A DNA stretch of 56,420 nucleotides from an uncultured Anaerolineaceae bacterium (GCA_964387775.1 CAYLZO010000003.1:1-56420), one strand, 5' to 3'; shown: positions 8,707 through 19,021, counted from the stretch's first letter. The notes: generated from the letters alone by a model not told the origin. Made by a program: numbers and translations.

Positions 8707-9651
8707 ATGTTTCAAGTCGTTTTTCTCGGCACTTCGGCCTCTGCGCCCTCGATCCGGCGCGGGCTGCCGGCCGCCGTCGTCATGCACAAAGAATATCGCT
8801 TCCTCGTGGACTGCGGCGAGGGCACCCAGCGCCAGTTGCTGCGGAGCGGGATCGGTTTTCGGCGCCTGGAAACCGTCCTGCTGACCCACGGCCACCTGGA
8901 TCACATCCTGGGGCTGGCCGGCCTGGCCTCCACCTTTTCCCGCTGGGAGATGGTCGACCGGCTGCAAATCTACGGCGGCAAGTGGGCGCTGGATCGAGTG
9001 GAAGCGCTGATGCGCGTCGTCTTTGGCCGCTATCGCCCGCCCATCCGCCTGGAACTGACCGACCTCCGGCCCGGCGTCCTCGTTGAGGATGACGCCTTCC
9101 AGCTGCATGCTTTCCCGGTCACCCATCGGGGGCCGGGCAACTTTGGCTTCGCTTTTGAAGAAAAGGCGCGACGTCCCTTTCTCGTCGAGCGGGCCGAGGC
9201 GCTGGGCGTGCCGGCCGGGCCGGAGCGTGCCCGCCTGGTGCGGGGCGAGCCGGTGACGCTGGACGACGGCCGCACCATCCAGCCCGACGAGGTATTGGGG
9301 CCGGCCCGGCCGGGGACCAAGTTCGTCTTTATCGGCGACGCGGCCCGCACCGACGACCTGGTGGACCCGGCCCGCGAGGCCGACACCCTGGTCATCGAAG
9401 CGACCTACACCGAGCTCGAGCGTGACGTAGCCCAGGAGTTCGGCCACCTGACGGCCCGGCAGGCGGCCGAGCTGGCCGTCGAGGCCGGCGTGCGGCACCT
9501 CATCTTGCATCACATCTCGCGCCGCCACTTCGAGCGCGACATCCTGGCAGAAGCCACAGCCGTCTTTGCCAACACCGTCGTCGCCCGCGACCTGGACCAT
9601 TTCGAGATCCGGCGCGACGCGCCCCTGACCAAGGTGACACGTAAAACGTGA
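8707..9651 (+). CDS. rnz: Ribonuclease Z (MBL fold)
   Basis: [15 protein letters not shown]..., [10 protein letters not shown] and [10 protein letters not shown] (HxHxDH) motifs. About 314 aa. Confidence 0.85.
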   Translation: MFQVVFLGTSASAPSIRRGLPAAVVMHKEYRFLVDCGEGTQRQLLRSGIGFRRLETVLLTHGHLDHILGLAGLASTFSRWEMVDRLQIYGGKWALDRVEALMRVVFGRYRPPIRLELTDLRPGVLVEDDAFQLHAFPVTHRGPGNFGFAFEEKARRPFLVERAEALGVPAGPERARLVRGEPVTLDDGRTIQPDEVLGPARPGTKFVFIGDAARTDDLVDPAREADTLVIEATYTELERDVAQEFGHLTARQAAELAVEAGVRHLILHHISRRHFERDILAEATAVFANTVVARDLDHFEIRRDAPLTKVTRKT

Positions 9652-9705
9652 TACGTGACGCGTGAGCCCGAGTTCACGTTTCACGCATCACGCAGCACGT
9701 CTCAC
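9634..9705. repeat. Heptamer-phased hairpin acting as bidirectional terminator
   Basis: gtgacac gtaaaac gtgatac gtgacgc gtgagcc / tcacgtt tcacgca tcacgca gcacgtc tcac. It contains both convergent stop codons. Confidence 0.75.
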
Positions 9706-9941
9706 TCTTTTGGCTCCCCCAGCTCTTCCACCGGCGTACTGGCGTACTTGTCGCCGATCTCGATCAGCATCCGGGGGATGTCGTCGATGATGGGGTACTT
9801 GCGGTCGCAGTCGGGCTCCTGGCAGACCAGCCACTGGCCGTCCACCAGCTCCAGTTGCCCCGGATCGTCCCCTTCTTTGCGCGTCGGCCCGCTGACGCAG
9901 TACGGGCAGCGCAGGATCTCTAGCAAGTCTTGACTGACCAT
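9702..9941 (-). CDS. Trm112/DUF343-family small zinc-ribbon protein
   Basis: 79 aa starting from ATG 9941. LLEILRCPYC...LVCQEPDCDRKYPIIDDIPRML is typical of Trm112p-like proteins. Confidence 0.7.
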   Translation of the reverse strand: MVSQDLLEILRCPYCVSGPTRKEGDDPGQLELVDGQWLVCQEPDCDRKYPIIDDIPRMLIEIGDKYASTPVEELGEPKE

Positions 9942-10149
9942 CGCTCGCCTCCTCGCTTGAATGATTGCCGGGCCATTATAGCACAAAGAAGAGGAAGACT
10001 CAATTTGACGGGGATCGATCAAGCTTCCCAGAGGTATGCTACAGGGAACTTTTTCTGCCCTTGAACCGTCTAAGGACCGGTTTGCGCTTACAGGGAAAGC
10101 GCAAACCTCTATCGCACGCGTAGCAACCAGCAGACGCCAGGGAGAAGGA

Positions 10150-13080
10150 ATGGCGAGATCGCACAACAGACGACCACCGGCGGGGAACCGGCCCGGCCAG
10201 GGGGGCACGGGGCAAGGGCAGGGACGGCGGCCGAACCGCCGCCCCGATCTCCGCGCGCCCCGGCAAAGGCCCGCGCAGCCCCCTGGGCCGCCATGGGGTT
10301 ATTACGTCCCGCCGCCGCCACCGCCGCCCGAGCCCTCGCCAGGATCGCGGTTCGCTTCGAATATCCTCATCGCCGCCCTGAGCCTCGTCCTCGTCTTTTT
10401 GATCGTCCTGTGCGGCCTGGTCGGGGGCTACGTAGCCATCGCCGCCGAGCTGCCCCCGGCCGAGGAGCTCCAGAGCCGGTCGGCCACCTTTGTCAGCACC
10501 AAGATCTATGACCGGGACGGCCACCTGCTCTACGAGATTTTTGATCCCGAGGGCGGGCGGCGGACCCTGGTCCCCTACGAGCAGATCTCGGCCCACCTGG
10601 TCAACGCCACCGTCGCCACCGAGGACGAGCGCTTCTGGCAGCATCCCGGCGTGGACCCCATCGCCGTCGTCCGGGCCGTCTATTACAACGTCACCGAGCG
10701 GCGCATCGTCTCCGGCTTTAGCAGCATCCCCCAGCAGGTGGCCCGGCTGGTACTCCTCTCGCCCGAGGAGCGCTACGAACAGAGCCTCAGCCGCAAGATC
10801 CGCGAGGTGGTCCTGGCCTCGGAGATCAGCCGGCGCTACACCAAGCAAGAGATCCTCGAGATCTATCTCAACGAGATCAACTATGGCAACCTGGCCTACG
10901 GCGTGGGCGCTGCCGCCGAGACCTATTTCGGCAAGGAGGCCAACGAGCTGACCCTGACCGAGGCCGCTCTCCTGGCCGGGCTGCCCCAGGCGCCCGCCTA
11001 CTGGGACCCCTACGCCGACCCGGAGCACGCCAAGCGCCGCCAGGCGACGGTCCTCGACCTGATGGTCGAGGCCGGCTACATCACGCCGGCCGAGGCCGAG
11101 GCCGCGGCAGCCGAGCCGCTGAATCTCCGGCCCCGGCGGCTGGACGTCCGGGCACCTCACTTTGTGACGTGGGTCCAGCAGTTGCTGGAGCAGAAATATG
11201 GCACCGACGTACTCTACCGCAGCGGCCTGCGCGTCCACACCACCCTCGACCTGGACCTGCAAGCCATCGCCCAGGAGGAGGCCCGCGCCCACCTGGCGAC
11301 GCTGAAGGGCCTGCACGCCACCAACGCCGCCCTGGTCGCCATCGAGCCGAACACGGGCGAGATCGTGGCCATGCTGGGCAGCGTCGATTTCAACGACCCC
11401 CAGATCGACGGCCAGGTCAACGTCGCCCTGCGGCCCAGGCAGCCCGGCTCGTCCATCAAGCCCGTCACCTACGTCACCGCCTTTGAGAAGGGCTGGACGC
11501 CGGCGACCCTCATCTGGGACGTCGAAACCGAGTTCAAGGACGCCCTGGGCCGCTCCTACGTGCCCAAGAATTACGACCGGAAGGAGCACGGCCCGGTCCT
11601 CGTCCGCCGGGCGCTGGCCCAGTCGCTGAATATCCCGGCCGTCAAGACCCTCGATTTGGTCGGCTTGCCGGCCATGCTCGACACGGCCCACCGGCTGGGC
11701 ATCGCGTCGCTCAATCGGCCCGACTATGGCCTGAGCCTGACCCTGGGCGGCGGCGACGTGACCCTGCTAGAGATGGCCGGGGCCTACGCCGTCTTTGCCA
11801 ACGGCGGCCGCCGCGTGCCCCCCGTCGCCATCTTGCGCATCGAGGACCCCGCCGGCAACGTCATCGAAGAATACCAGCCGCCCCCGGGCGAGCAGGTGAT
11901 TAGCCCCCAGCACGCCTACCTCATCACCGACATCCTCTCCGACAACCAGGCCCGGGCGCCGGTCTTTGGCCGCAACAACCCCCTCCGGCTCGCGCGGCCG
12001 GCGGCAGCCAAGACGGGCACCACCGACGATTGGCGCGATTCGTGGACCGTAGGCTACACGCCCGACCTGGTGGCCGGCGTGTGGGTGGGCAACAGCGACA
12101 ACACCGAGATGGAAAAGGTGACCGGCTCGCGGGGGGCAGCCCCCATCTGGCACAACTTTATGGAGCGCGCCCTGGCCGGGGTGCCCAAGAGCCAGTTCGC
12201 CCGGCCGGAGGGCATTGAAGAGATCGAGATCAGCGCCGATGCCGGCTCGCTGCCCAGCGAGGCGTGCCCGCCCGACCGCCGCAAGATCGAGATCTTTGCC
12301 GCCGGCCAGGGGCCCCTGGGGCCGGAGCACGACTTTCACCAGTTTGTGCGCATCGACACCACGACCAACGCTCGCGCCACTCAATACTGCCCGGAGAGCG
12401 CCGTCGAGGAAAAGTACTTCTACTACCTGCCCGGCGAGGAGGGCCAGGCGTGGGCTCGGGCGCGCGACATTCCCCAGCCGCCACCCGACTTTTGCCCGGT
12501 GCACACCGGGCCGGCTGACGTAGCCATCCAGGAGCCCTTTGCCGGGGCCAGCGTCTCGGAAGAGGTCTATATCGTGGGTCGGGCCAACATGCCCGGCTTT
12601 GACCATTACGTCGTCGAATATGGCGAGGGGCAGAATCCCATCGGCTGGGGGCTGGTCGCCGGGCCGGTCCACTCGCCGGTGGAGGGCGGCTTGCTGGCCG
12701 TGTGGGACGTGCGCCGCCTGGCCGACCGCGATTACACCCTCCGCGTCGTCGTCTTTGACGGCCAGGGCAACGGCGTCGAGGCGCGGACGTGGGTCATGGT
12801 CCAGAACCCGACGCCCACGCCGTCGCCGACCGCGTCTCCGACGACGACGTCCAGCCCCACGCCCAGCCCCACGCCGACGGTGCCAACCCTGACGCCGACA
12901 CCCACCCCGACCGCCTCTCCCCTGCCGGCCACCCCTACGGCTACCCTGGAGCCGACATCGACTCCGTCTCCGACGATGCCGCCGCCCACCCTCTCGCCCG
13001 TTCCGATCGGGACGCTGGAACCGCCGCTCTTACCGGCGGTGACGGTGACGCCGACGCCGACCCCCACGGAGACGCCGTAG
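10150..13080 (+). CDS. Class A penicillin-binding protein (transglycosylase/transpeptidase, PBP1A type) with R/G/P-rich N-tail and PT-rich C-tail
   Basis: ATG 10150 after GGAGAAGGA. GT51 motifs [14 protein letters not shown] and RKIREV. Transpeptidase motifs SSIKP, SLN and KTGTT. Confidence 0.9.
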   Translation: MARSHNRRPPAGNRPGQGGTGQGQGRRPNRRPDLRAPRQRPAQPPGPPWGYYVPPPPPPPEPSPGSRFASNILIAALSLVLVFLIVLCGLVGGYVAIAAELPPAEELQSRSATFVSTKIYDRDGHLLYEIFDPEGGRRTLVPYEQISAHLVNATVATEDERFWQHPGVDPIAVVRAVYYNVTERRIVSGFSSIPQQVARLVLLSPEERYEQSLSRKIREVVLASEISRRYTKQEILEIYLNEINYGNLAYGVGAAAETYFGKEANELTLTEAALLAGLPQAPAYWDPYADPEHAKRRQATVLDLMVEAGYITPAEAEAAAAEPLNLRPRRLDVRAPHFVTWVQQLLEQKYGTDVLYRSGLRVHTTLDLDLQAIAQEEARAHLATLKGLHATNAALVAIEPNTGEIVAMLGSVDFNDPQIDGQVNVALRPRQPGSSIKPVTYVTAFEKGWTPATLIWDVETEFKDALGRSYVPKNYDRKEHGPVLVRRALAQSLNIPAVKTLDLVGLPAMLDTAHRLGIASLNRPDYGLSLTLGGGDVTLLEMAGAYAVFANGGRRVPPVAILRIEDPAGNVIEEYQPPPGEQVISPQHAYLITDILSDNQARAPVFGRNNPLRLARPAAAKTGTTDDWRDSWTVGYTPDLVAGVWVGNSDNTEMEKVTGSRGAAPIWHNFMERALAGVPKSQFARPEGIEEIEISADAGSLPSEACPPDRRKIEIFAAGQGPLGPEHDFHQFVRIDTTTNARATQYCPESAVEEKYFYYLPGEEGQAWARARDIPQPPPDFCPVHTGPADVAIQEPFAGASVSEEVYIVGRANMPGFDHYVVEYGEGQNPIGWGLVAGPVHSPVEGGLLAVWDVRRLADRDYTLRVVVFDGQGNGVEARTWVMVQNPTPTPSPTASPTTTSSPTPSPTPTVPTLTPTPTPTASPLPATPTATLEPTSTPSPTMPPPTLSPVPIGTLEPPLLPAVTVTPTPTPTETP

Positions 13081-13112
13081 ATGAGGTCGTTGCGGGGGGC
13101 GCCGCCCGATTT

Positions 13113-13141
13113 TTGACGAAATTGCGGAGTTGAGGTAAGCT
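13113..13141 (+). promoter_or_regulatory. Candidate csp promoter (TTGACG-17-TAAGCT)
   Basis: Hexamers at 13113-13118 and 13136-13141. It implies a leader of about 100 nt. Confidence 0.45.
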
Positions 13142-13188
13142 ATAGGCCAAAGACGTGGGAAGTTGTGTTCGAGCGTAGGCAGGTGCAC

Positions 13189-13220
13189 CGCCCAGTCTGA
13201 GAGAATCTGGGCGTTTTTTT
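13189..13220 (+). terminator. Intrinsic terminator/attenuator upstream of csp
   Basis: Stem cgcccag/ctgggcg, 11-nt loop and a T7 tract, lying 30 nt before ATG 13251. Confidence 0.6.
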
Positions 13221-13250
13221 GTCCAGCCGGACAAAAGAAAGGAAAGGGAA

Positions 13251-13487
13251 ATGGCTACACGGGAGACGGGAACGGTCAAGTGGTTCAACGACCAGAAGGG
13301 ATACGGCTTTATCACCCGCGACCAGGGGGGAGACGTATTCGTCCACTATTCCGACATCTCGGGGCAGAGTGGCTTCAAGAGCCTGACCGAGGGCGAGCGG
13401 GTCGAGTTCTCCGTCGTGCAGGGAGACAAAGGCCCATCCGCCGTGGACGTGCGCGTCACCGATTCGCAAATGGGTGAGAGGTTTTAG
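13251..13487 (+). CDS. cspA: Cold-shock protein (CspA family)
   Basis: [15 protein letters not shown] (RNP1) and DVFVHYS (RNP2). Confidence 0.9.
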   Translation: MATRETGTVKWFNDQKGYGFITRDQGGDVFVHYSDISGQSGFKSLTEGERVEFSVVQGDKGPSAVDVRVTDSQMGERF

Positions 13488-13587
13488 CTAAAAACGCTTC
13501 CGCGATCTCAACTTGCCAACCACCCGGCCTGATGCTATAATCAACTGCCGTTGACGACTGCTCAGCCACGTTTGGCCTGGGCAGTTT

Positions 13588-14271
13588 GTGCAATTCTACC
13601 TTGGGAGTGAAATTGTGGAAGCTTTAGAACATCAACTGGTCGAGTTTCTGACCCACCTGCTCCAGACCATCGACTGGTTTGGCGTAGTCGTCATCATGGC
13701 CCTGGAGAGCGCCAACATCCCGATCCCGAGCGAGGTGACGATGCCTCTCGCCGGTTGGATGCTGGTCGAGGCCGAGGGTTTGTCCGCCTGGATGGCCATC
13801 TGGCTGGGCGGTCTGTGGGGCGGCGTGGGCTGCACCATCGGCTCGGTAATCTCTTATGCGCTGGGCGCCTGGGGCGGCCGGCCCCTGGTTGAGCGCTATG
13901 GTAAGTACATCCTCGTCCACGAGGAGGACCTGGAAAAGGCCGACCGTTGGTTCGAGCGCTGGGGCGATTGGGCGGCCTTTATCTCGCGGCTGCTGCCCAT
14001 CGTGCGCACCTTCATCTCCTTCCCGGCGGGTGTGGTGCGGATGCGATTCACCAGTTTCACCATCTTGAGCTTTGTCGGCTCGTTCATCTGGTGCGGGCTG
14101 CTGGCCTGGGGCGGCTATCACTTTGGCCGCAACTGGGAAGAGCTGCGGGCCATCATGCGCCCCTTTGACATCCCCATCGCCATCGTCATCGTCGGCGGCT
14201 TGAGCTATTACGTCTATCGCCACGTGCGCAAGGGCCACAACGGCCAGACCGGGGCGGAAGCCGGACAATGA
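13588..14271 (+). CDS. DedA-family membrane protein
   Basis: GVVVIMALESANIPIPSEV and LLPIVRTFISFPAGV motifs. GTG start. Confidence 0.75.
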   Translation: MQFYLGSEIVEALEHQLVEFLTHLLQTIDWFGVVVIMALESANIPIPSEVTMPLAGWMLVEAEGLSAWMAIWLGGLWGGVGCTIGSVISYALGAWGGRPLVERYGKYILVHEEDLEKADRWFERWGDWAAFISRLLPIVRTFISFPAGVVRMRFTSFTILSFVGSFIWCGLLAWGGYHFGRNWEELRAIMRPFDIPIAIVIVGGLSYYVYRHVRKGHNGQTGAEAGQ

Positions 14272-15428
14272 CCAACGCTACGCCCCCATTGCGCGACAGC
14301 TACGAGGGCATCTACCAGCGGGCCCAAAATGCCCTCGCGGCTGGCGACTTTCCGACGGCCCTGGAACTCTATCAGCGCCTAGTCGAGCGCCTGGGCCGCC
14401 TGAGCGACCGGGTCCTCGCCCGGCGGCCGGAACTGGGCGCCATGCACGTCCAAGCCCGGCGGGAGCTGGCCAAGTTGCTGGAACTGGATGGTCGCTATGC
14501 CGAGGCCCTGGAAGTCGCTCAATCCCTTTTGGAAGAGGCAGAGGAGCCCGAACATCGCGAGGAGAATCGCCGCAATGTGGCCATCTTGCGTGTGGCCAAA
14601 GGCGAGGTCGAGCGAGGGCTGGCCGAGTTGCGGACCCTGGCCGAGGAGGCACCCGAGGACGCCGAGCGCTGGATCACGCTCGCAGCCCAGGCCCGCATCG
14701 AGGGGCGCTTTGCCGTGGCCGAGGAGGCGCTGGATCGAGCCCTGGACGTGGCCGTCGTCCATCACGAGCGTTTTGAGCTGTTTAAAAAGATGAAACGCGT
14801 CGATGAGGCGCTGGCCGCCTGGGAGCAAGCCGTTGCCCACGATCCCGAGTTGACCCGCCACGTCCGGGACGTCTACCAGTTGCTGACCGACGCCGGGCGC
14901 TACGGCGACGCCCTGTGCTACGTCGAGCGGGACGAGAACGAGATGCAGGCCGGCTTCCAGCGGGGCCTCATCGCCAGCCGCACCGGCAACCAGCTACAAG
15001 CCCGGGAAGCGTGGGAGGCTGTCGCCGAGTTGGACCCCTTCGAGTACGAGTATGGCCACGACGCCTGGGCTGAGGCCCTGCTACGCCTGGAAGAGCCGGA
15101 CCGGGCCCTGGAAAAGCTCCAATACCTCTTGCCCCGATACGGCGATCCCCGGCTCCTGGTCCTGTCGGGCATCGGCTGGGCGATGAAGGGAGACGTGCCC
15201 CTGGCCGCCATGCTCTTCCAACAGGCCATCGGCGCCCTGCGGCGTCAGCGCCCGCCCAAGAAAAAGCTGCCCGGCGAGGACTGGCGTCTGTTGGACACCC
15301 TGGTCGAGGACGAACAGGTCAAGGCGCCGCTTCGCACCTATTTTGCCGTGATCGAAACCGTGTGGGATGCGCCCGGCCGGGCAGCCAGGGATAGAGTTGA
15401 GCAAGTCTCTGGCGTTTTGCGCCCCTAA
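14268..15428 (+). CDS. TPR-repeat protein
   Basis: ATGA overlap with dedA. Repeated A/L/E-rich helical hairpins (AGDFPTALELYQRLV...). Confidence 0.55.
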   Translation: MTNATPPLRDSYEGIYQRAQNALAAGDFPTALELYQRLVERLGRLSDRVLARRPELGAMHVQARRELAKLLELDGRYAEALEVAQSLLEEAEEPEHREENRRNVAILRVAKGEVERGLAELRTLAEEAPEDAERWITLAAQARIEGRFAVAEEALDRALDVAVVHHERFELFKKMKRVDEALAAWEQAVAHDPELTRHVRDVYQLLTDAGRYGDALCYVERDENEMQAGFQRGLIASRTGNQLQAREAWEAVAELDPFEYEYGHDAWAEALLRLEEPDRALEKLQYLLPRYGDPRLLVLSGIGWAMKGDVPLAAMLFQQAIGALRRQRPPKKKLPGEDWRLLDTLVEDEQVKAPLRTYFAVIETVWDAPGRAARDRVEQVSGVLRP

Positions 15429-15446
15429 CCCCGTACCTGGGGCTGT

Positions 15447-15475
15447 TTGAACCACCCCTACTTCTGTGCTATAAT
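15447..15475 (+). promoter_or_regulatory. Consensus-like promoter (TTGAAC-17-TGcTATAAT)
   Basis: Hexamers at 15447-15452 and 15470-15475. Confidence 0.6.
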
Positions 15476-15515
15476 TGCGCCTGCTTGCCCCAGAATGAAT
15501 TCTTGAGGGATACGA

Positions 15516-17450
15516 ATGCGTTTTGCCGAGGCAGAACAAACCTACCGCGAATTGGAAGAGAGGCTCGTTCGCGGCGAGATAACCGAAGACGAATTCACGG
15601 CCCAGGTCGCCAAGTTGCGATTGGTGGACGAAGAGTGCCGTCGCTGGATGATCAGCCCCCGTACGGGGCGCTGGCTCGTCTACGATGGCCAGCAGTGGGT
15701 CTTTGCCGAGCCGGCGGTGGAAAAAGTCGAGCCGGAGCCGGAAGAAGAGTGGCCGGAAACCGAGGTGCTGGCCCCGGTTGCGGATGCCGAGGCGACCATC
15801 GCGGCCCCGGTGGCTCCGATTGGAGATGTGCCCCGGCGATCGGCCGCGCCCCGCATCCTGACCACCGGGGTCTTGGCCCTGCTGCTCGTCGGTTGTCTCA
15901 TCGGCGGGGGGATCTCGGCCTGGGTCTTTTTGCTGCGCGACTGGGGAGCCACCCCAACGCCGGTCTCCAGCGCCCTGGCCGCCATCGGCCCGGTCGAGAC
16001 GTACACGCCCCGGCCGGCGACGGCGACCTTTACGCCGACGGCCAGCCCCACGCCCAGCCGCACGCCGACGCCGACGATTACGCCCATTCCCACCGACACG
16101 CCGCCAGCCACGAATACGCCCACTTTGAGGCCAACGTCGACCCGGCCGGCCGAGGCGGCGAACACGCCTGGCGCGACAGAGGTAGCCGCCGCGCCGACGG
16201 CCCCGCCGGCGGAGAACAGCAGCCAGACCCACGTCGTCCAGAAAGGCGAGACCCTGTCAGAGATAGCCAGCCGCTACGGCCTGACGGTGAAAGAATTGGC
16301 CGAGGCCAACGGCATCGACAACCCGGCCCTGGTCCGGGTGGGCCAGGTGCTGCTCATCCCGGCGCCGGGGGCCTCTGCCAGCCCGACGCCGACGTGGACG
16401 CCCATTGTGCTCATCACGCCTGCGGTTGAGCCCACGGCGAGTGGCACCGCAGAGGCGACGCCCCCTTCAACCGTGAGTGCAACACCCACGCCCACGTCAA
16501 CGTCCCAAGCCACAGCCCCATCAACGCCAACCGAGAGTGGTCCTACCGCTACGCCCAAACCGACCAACACGCCCAAACCCACGGCCACGCCGACGCCCAA
16601 GCCCGTGGCCCTTTCGGGCAAGATCGCCTTTAGCGTGTGGAATCCCCATCTGGGGATGGGCAAGTACGAGTTGTACGTCAGCAACATCGACGGCAGCGGC
16701 CGGAATATGCTGGGCCAAGGCTTCCGCCAGCCGCAGTTCCGCCAGGACGGCAACTTGTTGGCCGCCAACGGCGACGGGGCGCCGAACCTGGAGCACCTGG
16801 TGACGATGGACGCCAGCGGCAACGGCAAGGTCGAAGTCAGCAACCACACCGAGGATGCCTACCCCACCTGGTCGGCCGATGGGGCCATCGTCGCCTACTC
16901 GTCCAAGTCCTGGGCGGACAGACAGAGCCGCCTGGGCATCGTCCACGACATGTTTGGCAAAAATCAGGACTCGATCAAGATCGGCACCACCGAGATCCGG
17001 GGCGAGTACCCCTTCTGGATGGCCGACGGGCGCGTGGTCTATCACGGCTGCGACTTTATGAATGCCACGTCGGCCTGCGGCCTCTATTGGGTGGGCGCCG
17101 GCGGCGGCAACTATTACCGGCTGACGAACCACCAGAGCGACACGGCCCCGGCCGGCTCTGGCTCCCGCGTGGCCTTTATGTCGGCCCGCGACGGCAACTG
17201 GGAGGTTTATGCCATCAACATGGACGGCTCGGGGCTAAAACGGTTGACCAACAACGGGTCGCAGGACGGCCTGCCCACCTGGTCGCCCGACGGGAACTCG
17301 ATTGCCTTCGTCTCGGATCGGAGCGGTGCCTGGGCCATCTGGGTGATGAACGCCAACGGCAGCAACCAGCGTAAACTCTTTGACCTGGGGGGCGGTTACG
17401 GGGGCGGCGACTACGACTGGACGACCGAGCGCATCTCCTGGGCGCCGTAG
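15516..17450 (+). CDS. Membrane-anchored LysM + PD40/TolB-type beta-propeller protein with PT-rich linkers
   Basis: Cytoplasmic N-domain and one TM helix. LysM (HVVQKGETLSEIASRYGLTVKELAEANGI). Repeated PD40 signatures (WSADGAIVAYSS, PTWSPDGNSIAFVSDR). Confidence 0.7.
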   Translation: MRFAEAEQTYRELEERLVRGEITEDEFTAQVAKLRLVDEECRRWMISPRTGRWLVYDGQQWVFAEPAVEKVEPEPEEEWPETEVLAPVADAEATIAAPVAPIGDVPRRSAAPRILTTGVLALLLVGCLIGGGISAWVFLLRDWGATPTPVSSALAAIGPVETYTPRPATATFTPTASPTPSRTPTPTITPIPTDTPPATNTPTLRPTSTRPAEAANTPGATEVAAAPTAPPAENSSQTHVVQKGETLSEIASRYGLTVKELAEANGIDNPALVRVGQVLLIPAPGASASPTPTWTPIVLITPAVEPTASGTAEATPPSTVSATPTPTSTSQATAPSTPTESGPTATPKPTNTPKPTATPTPKPVALSGKIAFSVWNPHLGMGKYELYVSNIDGSGRNMLGQGFRQPQFRQDGNLLAANGDGAPNLEHLVTMDASGNGKVEVSNHTEDAYPTWSADGAIVAYSSKSWADRQSRLGIVHDMFGKNQDSIKIGTTEIRGEYPFWMADGRVVYHGCDFMNATSACGLYWVGAGGGNYYRLTNHQSDTAPAGSGSRVAFMSARDGNWEVYAINMDGSGLKRLTNNGSQDGLPTWSPDGNSIAFVSDRSGAWAIWVMNANGSNQRKLFDLGGGYGGGDYDWTTERISWAP

Positions 17451-17453
17451 AAA

Positions 17454-17481
17454 GTCGCAAGTGGCAAGTTTCAAGTCTCAA
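17454..17481 (+). repeat. Four tandem heptamers GTNNCAA
   Basis: gtcgcaa gtggcaa gtttcaa gtctcaa immediately after the stop codon at 17450. Confidence 0.7.
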
Positions 17482-18513
17482 GCGGTGGGTGCGTTCGGCC
17501 TGGCCTTGATCGTAGCTCTGGTGGTCTTGCTGATCTCGGGCGGGGCCTCGGCTTCGACGCCGCCCCGGCCGCTGGGCACAGCCACGTTTACGGCGACAGC
17601 CACGCTGACCTTTACCCCGACCTCGACGCCAACGCCCACCGCCACGCCGACCCAGACCCCAACCCCGACCCAGACCCCAACGCCGACCCCAACGCCGACC
17701 CCAACGCCGACGCCCACGCCGACGCCGCTGCCGGCCAGCCCTACGCCCGCCTCCGCCTCGGACCACCTGTGGCTGCTGCCGCCCATCGGCCCTGATGCCG
17801 AGGGCGACCGCTATCCGGGCACCTACTTTCCCTATGGCTCCACGGGCGGCGGGCGCTATCACCTCCACCACGGGGTGGACTATATGAATCCGGCCGGCAC
17901 GCCGGCCCTGGCTGCGGCCGCCGGCACGGTCATCGTCGCCGGGAACGACCTGGAGACGATTTATGGCAAAAAGCCGGATTTCTACGGCAACCTGGTCGTC
18001 TTGGAGCTCGACCGGCCATTCAACGGCCAGCCGGTCTATCTCCTTTACGGCCACCTCTCCCAGGCGCTGGTGAGCGAGGGCGAGCACCTGGAAGCCGGCG
18101 ACACGCTCGGCCTGGTGGGCATGACGGGCGTCGCCATCGGCAATCACCTCCACCTGGAGGTCCGGCTGGGCAGCAACGACTATCGCAGCACGCGCAATCC
18201 GGTCCTCTGGCTGCGGCCGGAGCCGGGCCAGGGGGCCCTCGCCGGCCTGCTGGTCGACGCCCAGGGCCGCCCCCTGCCCGAGACGCCGGTGACCTTTTTC
18301 CGCGCCGCCGAGCCGAACAAGTGGTGGCGCCAGGTGCAGACCTACGCCAACGAGGAGGTCAACCCCGACGACGAGCTGGGCGAGAACTTTGCCCTGGGCT
18401 ACGTGCCGGCGGGCGAGTACCTGGTCAAGGCCAAGGTCAGGGGCAAATCCTACGTCCAACCGGTCACGGTGGAGCGGGGCGAGATCGCGTTTGTGCGCCT
18501 CGTGACCGAGTAG
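17461..18513 (+). CDS. M23-family metallopeptidase (LytM-like) with PT linker
   Basis: HHGVDYM and GNHLHLEVR motifs. Start is ambiguous (GTG 17461, GTG 17485 or ATG 17380). Confidence 0.75.
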   Translation: MASFKSQAVGAFGLALIVALVVLLISGGASASTPPRPLGTATFTATATLTFTPTSTPTPTATPTQTPTPTQTPTPTPTPTPTPTPTPTPLPASPTPASASDHLWLLPPIGPDAEGDRYPGTYFPYGSTGGGRYHLHHGVDYMNPAGTPALAAAAGTVIVAGNDLETIYGKKPDFYGNLVVLELDRPFNGQPVYLLYGHLSQALVSEGEHLEAGDTLGLVGMTGVAIGNHLHLEVRLGSNDYRSTRNPVLWLRPEPGQGALAGLLVDAQGRPLPETPVTFFRAAEPNKWWRQVQTYANEEVNPDDELGENFALGYVPAGEYLVKAKVRGKSYVQPVTVERGEIAFVRLVTE

Positions 18514-18584
18514 CGGCGCGGGAGGAAATCCTTCGCCGTGCCGCTGGCCAGTTGATCTCAACCCAACGTCAGGAGAGGAACGGA

Positions 18585-18968
18585 ATGGAAGCGCAAAGCT
18601 CGATTCTCAGCATCTTGCTCGTCTTGATCACGATCCTGGGGAGCCTGTCGGGCTGTGGCAGCCAGGAAGGGACGATCCGGGGTACGGTGCAATCGGCCCA
18701 GGATGGAGCGCCCATCGCGCGGGCCGAGGTGTATGTCATCGAACTGATGAGGGCGGAGAACGTTACGGACATGAACGTCTTTCAAAAGGGCGAGGCCCTC
18801 GACAAGCAGGTTAGCGGCGACGATGGCGGGTTTTCTTTTACCCTGGACGAGGGCGATTGCATCGTCGAGGTCTGGGTCGAGGGGCAGAAGGTGGCCGACC
18901 GCATGGTCAACGTCGAGGGAGGGCAAACGAACAGCCTAGACTTTGACGTCGAGGTGCCCTCGCCCTGA
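18585..18968 (+). CDS. Lipoprotein with carboxypeptidase-regulatory-like beta-sandwich
   Basis: ATG after AGGAGAGGAA. Lipobox LSGC, then GTIRGTVQSAQDGAPIARAEVYV. Confidence 0.55.
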   Translation: MEAQSSILSILLVLITILGSLSGCGSQEGTIRGTVQSAQDGAPIARAEVYVIELMRAENVTDMNVFQKGEALDKQVSGDDGGFSFTLDEGDCIVEVWVEGQKVADRMVNVEGGQTNSLDFDVEVPSP

Positions 18969-18988
18969 CGGAAACCTCTCTCCAAAAT

Positions 18989-19021
18989 CAAAGCGACGCA
19001 GATTCGAGGGCTGCGTCGCTT
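18989..19021. terminator. Bidirectional terminator hairpin (12-bp stem)
   Basis: aaagcgacgcag / ctgcgtcgcttt between convergent genes. Confidence 0.7.
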
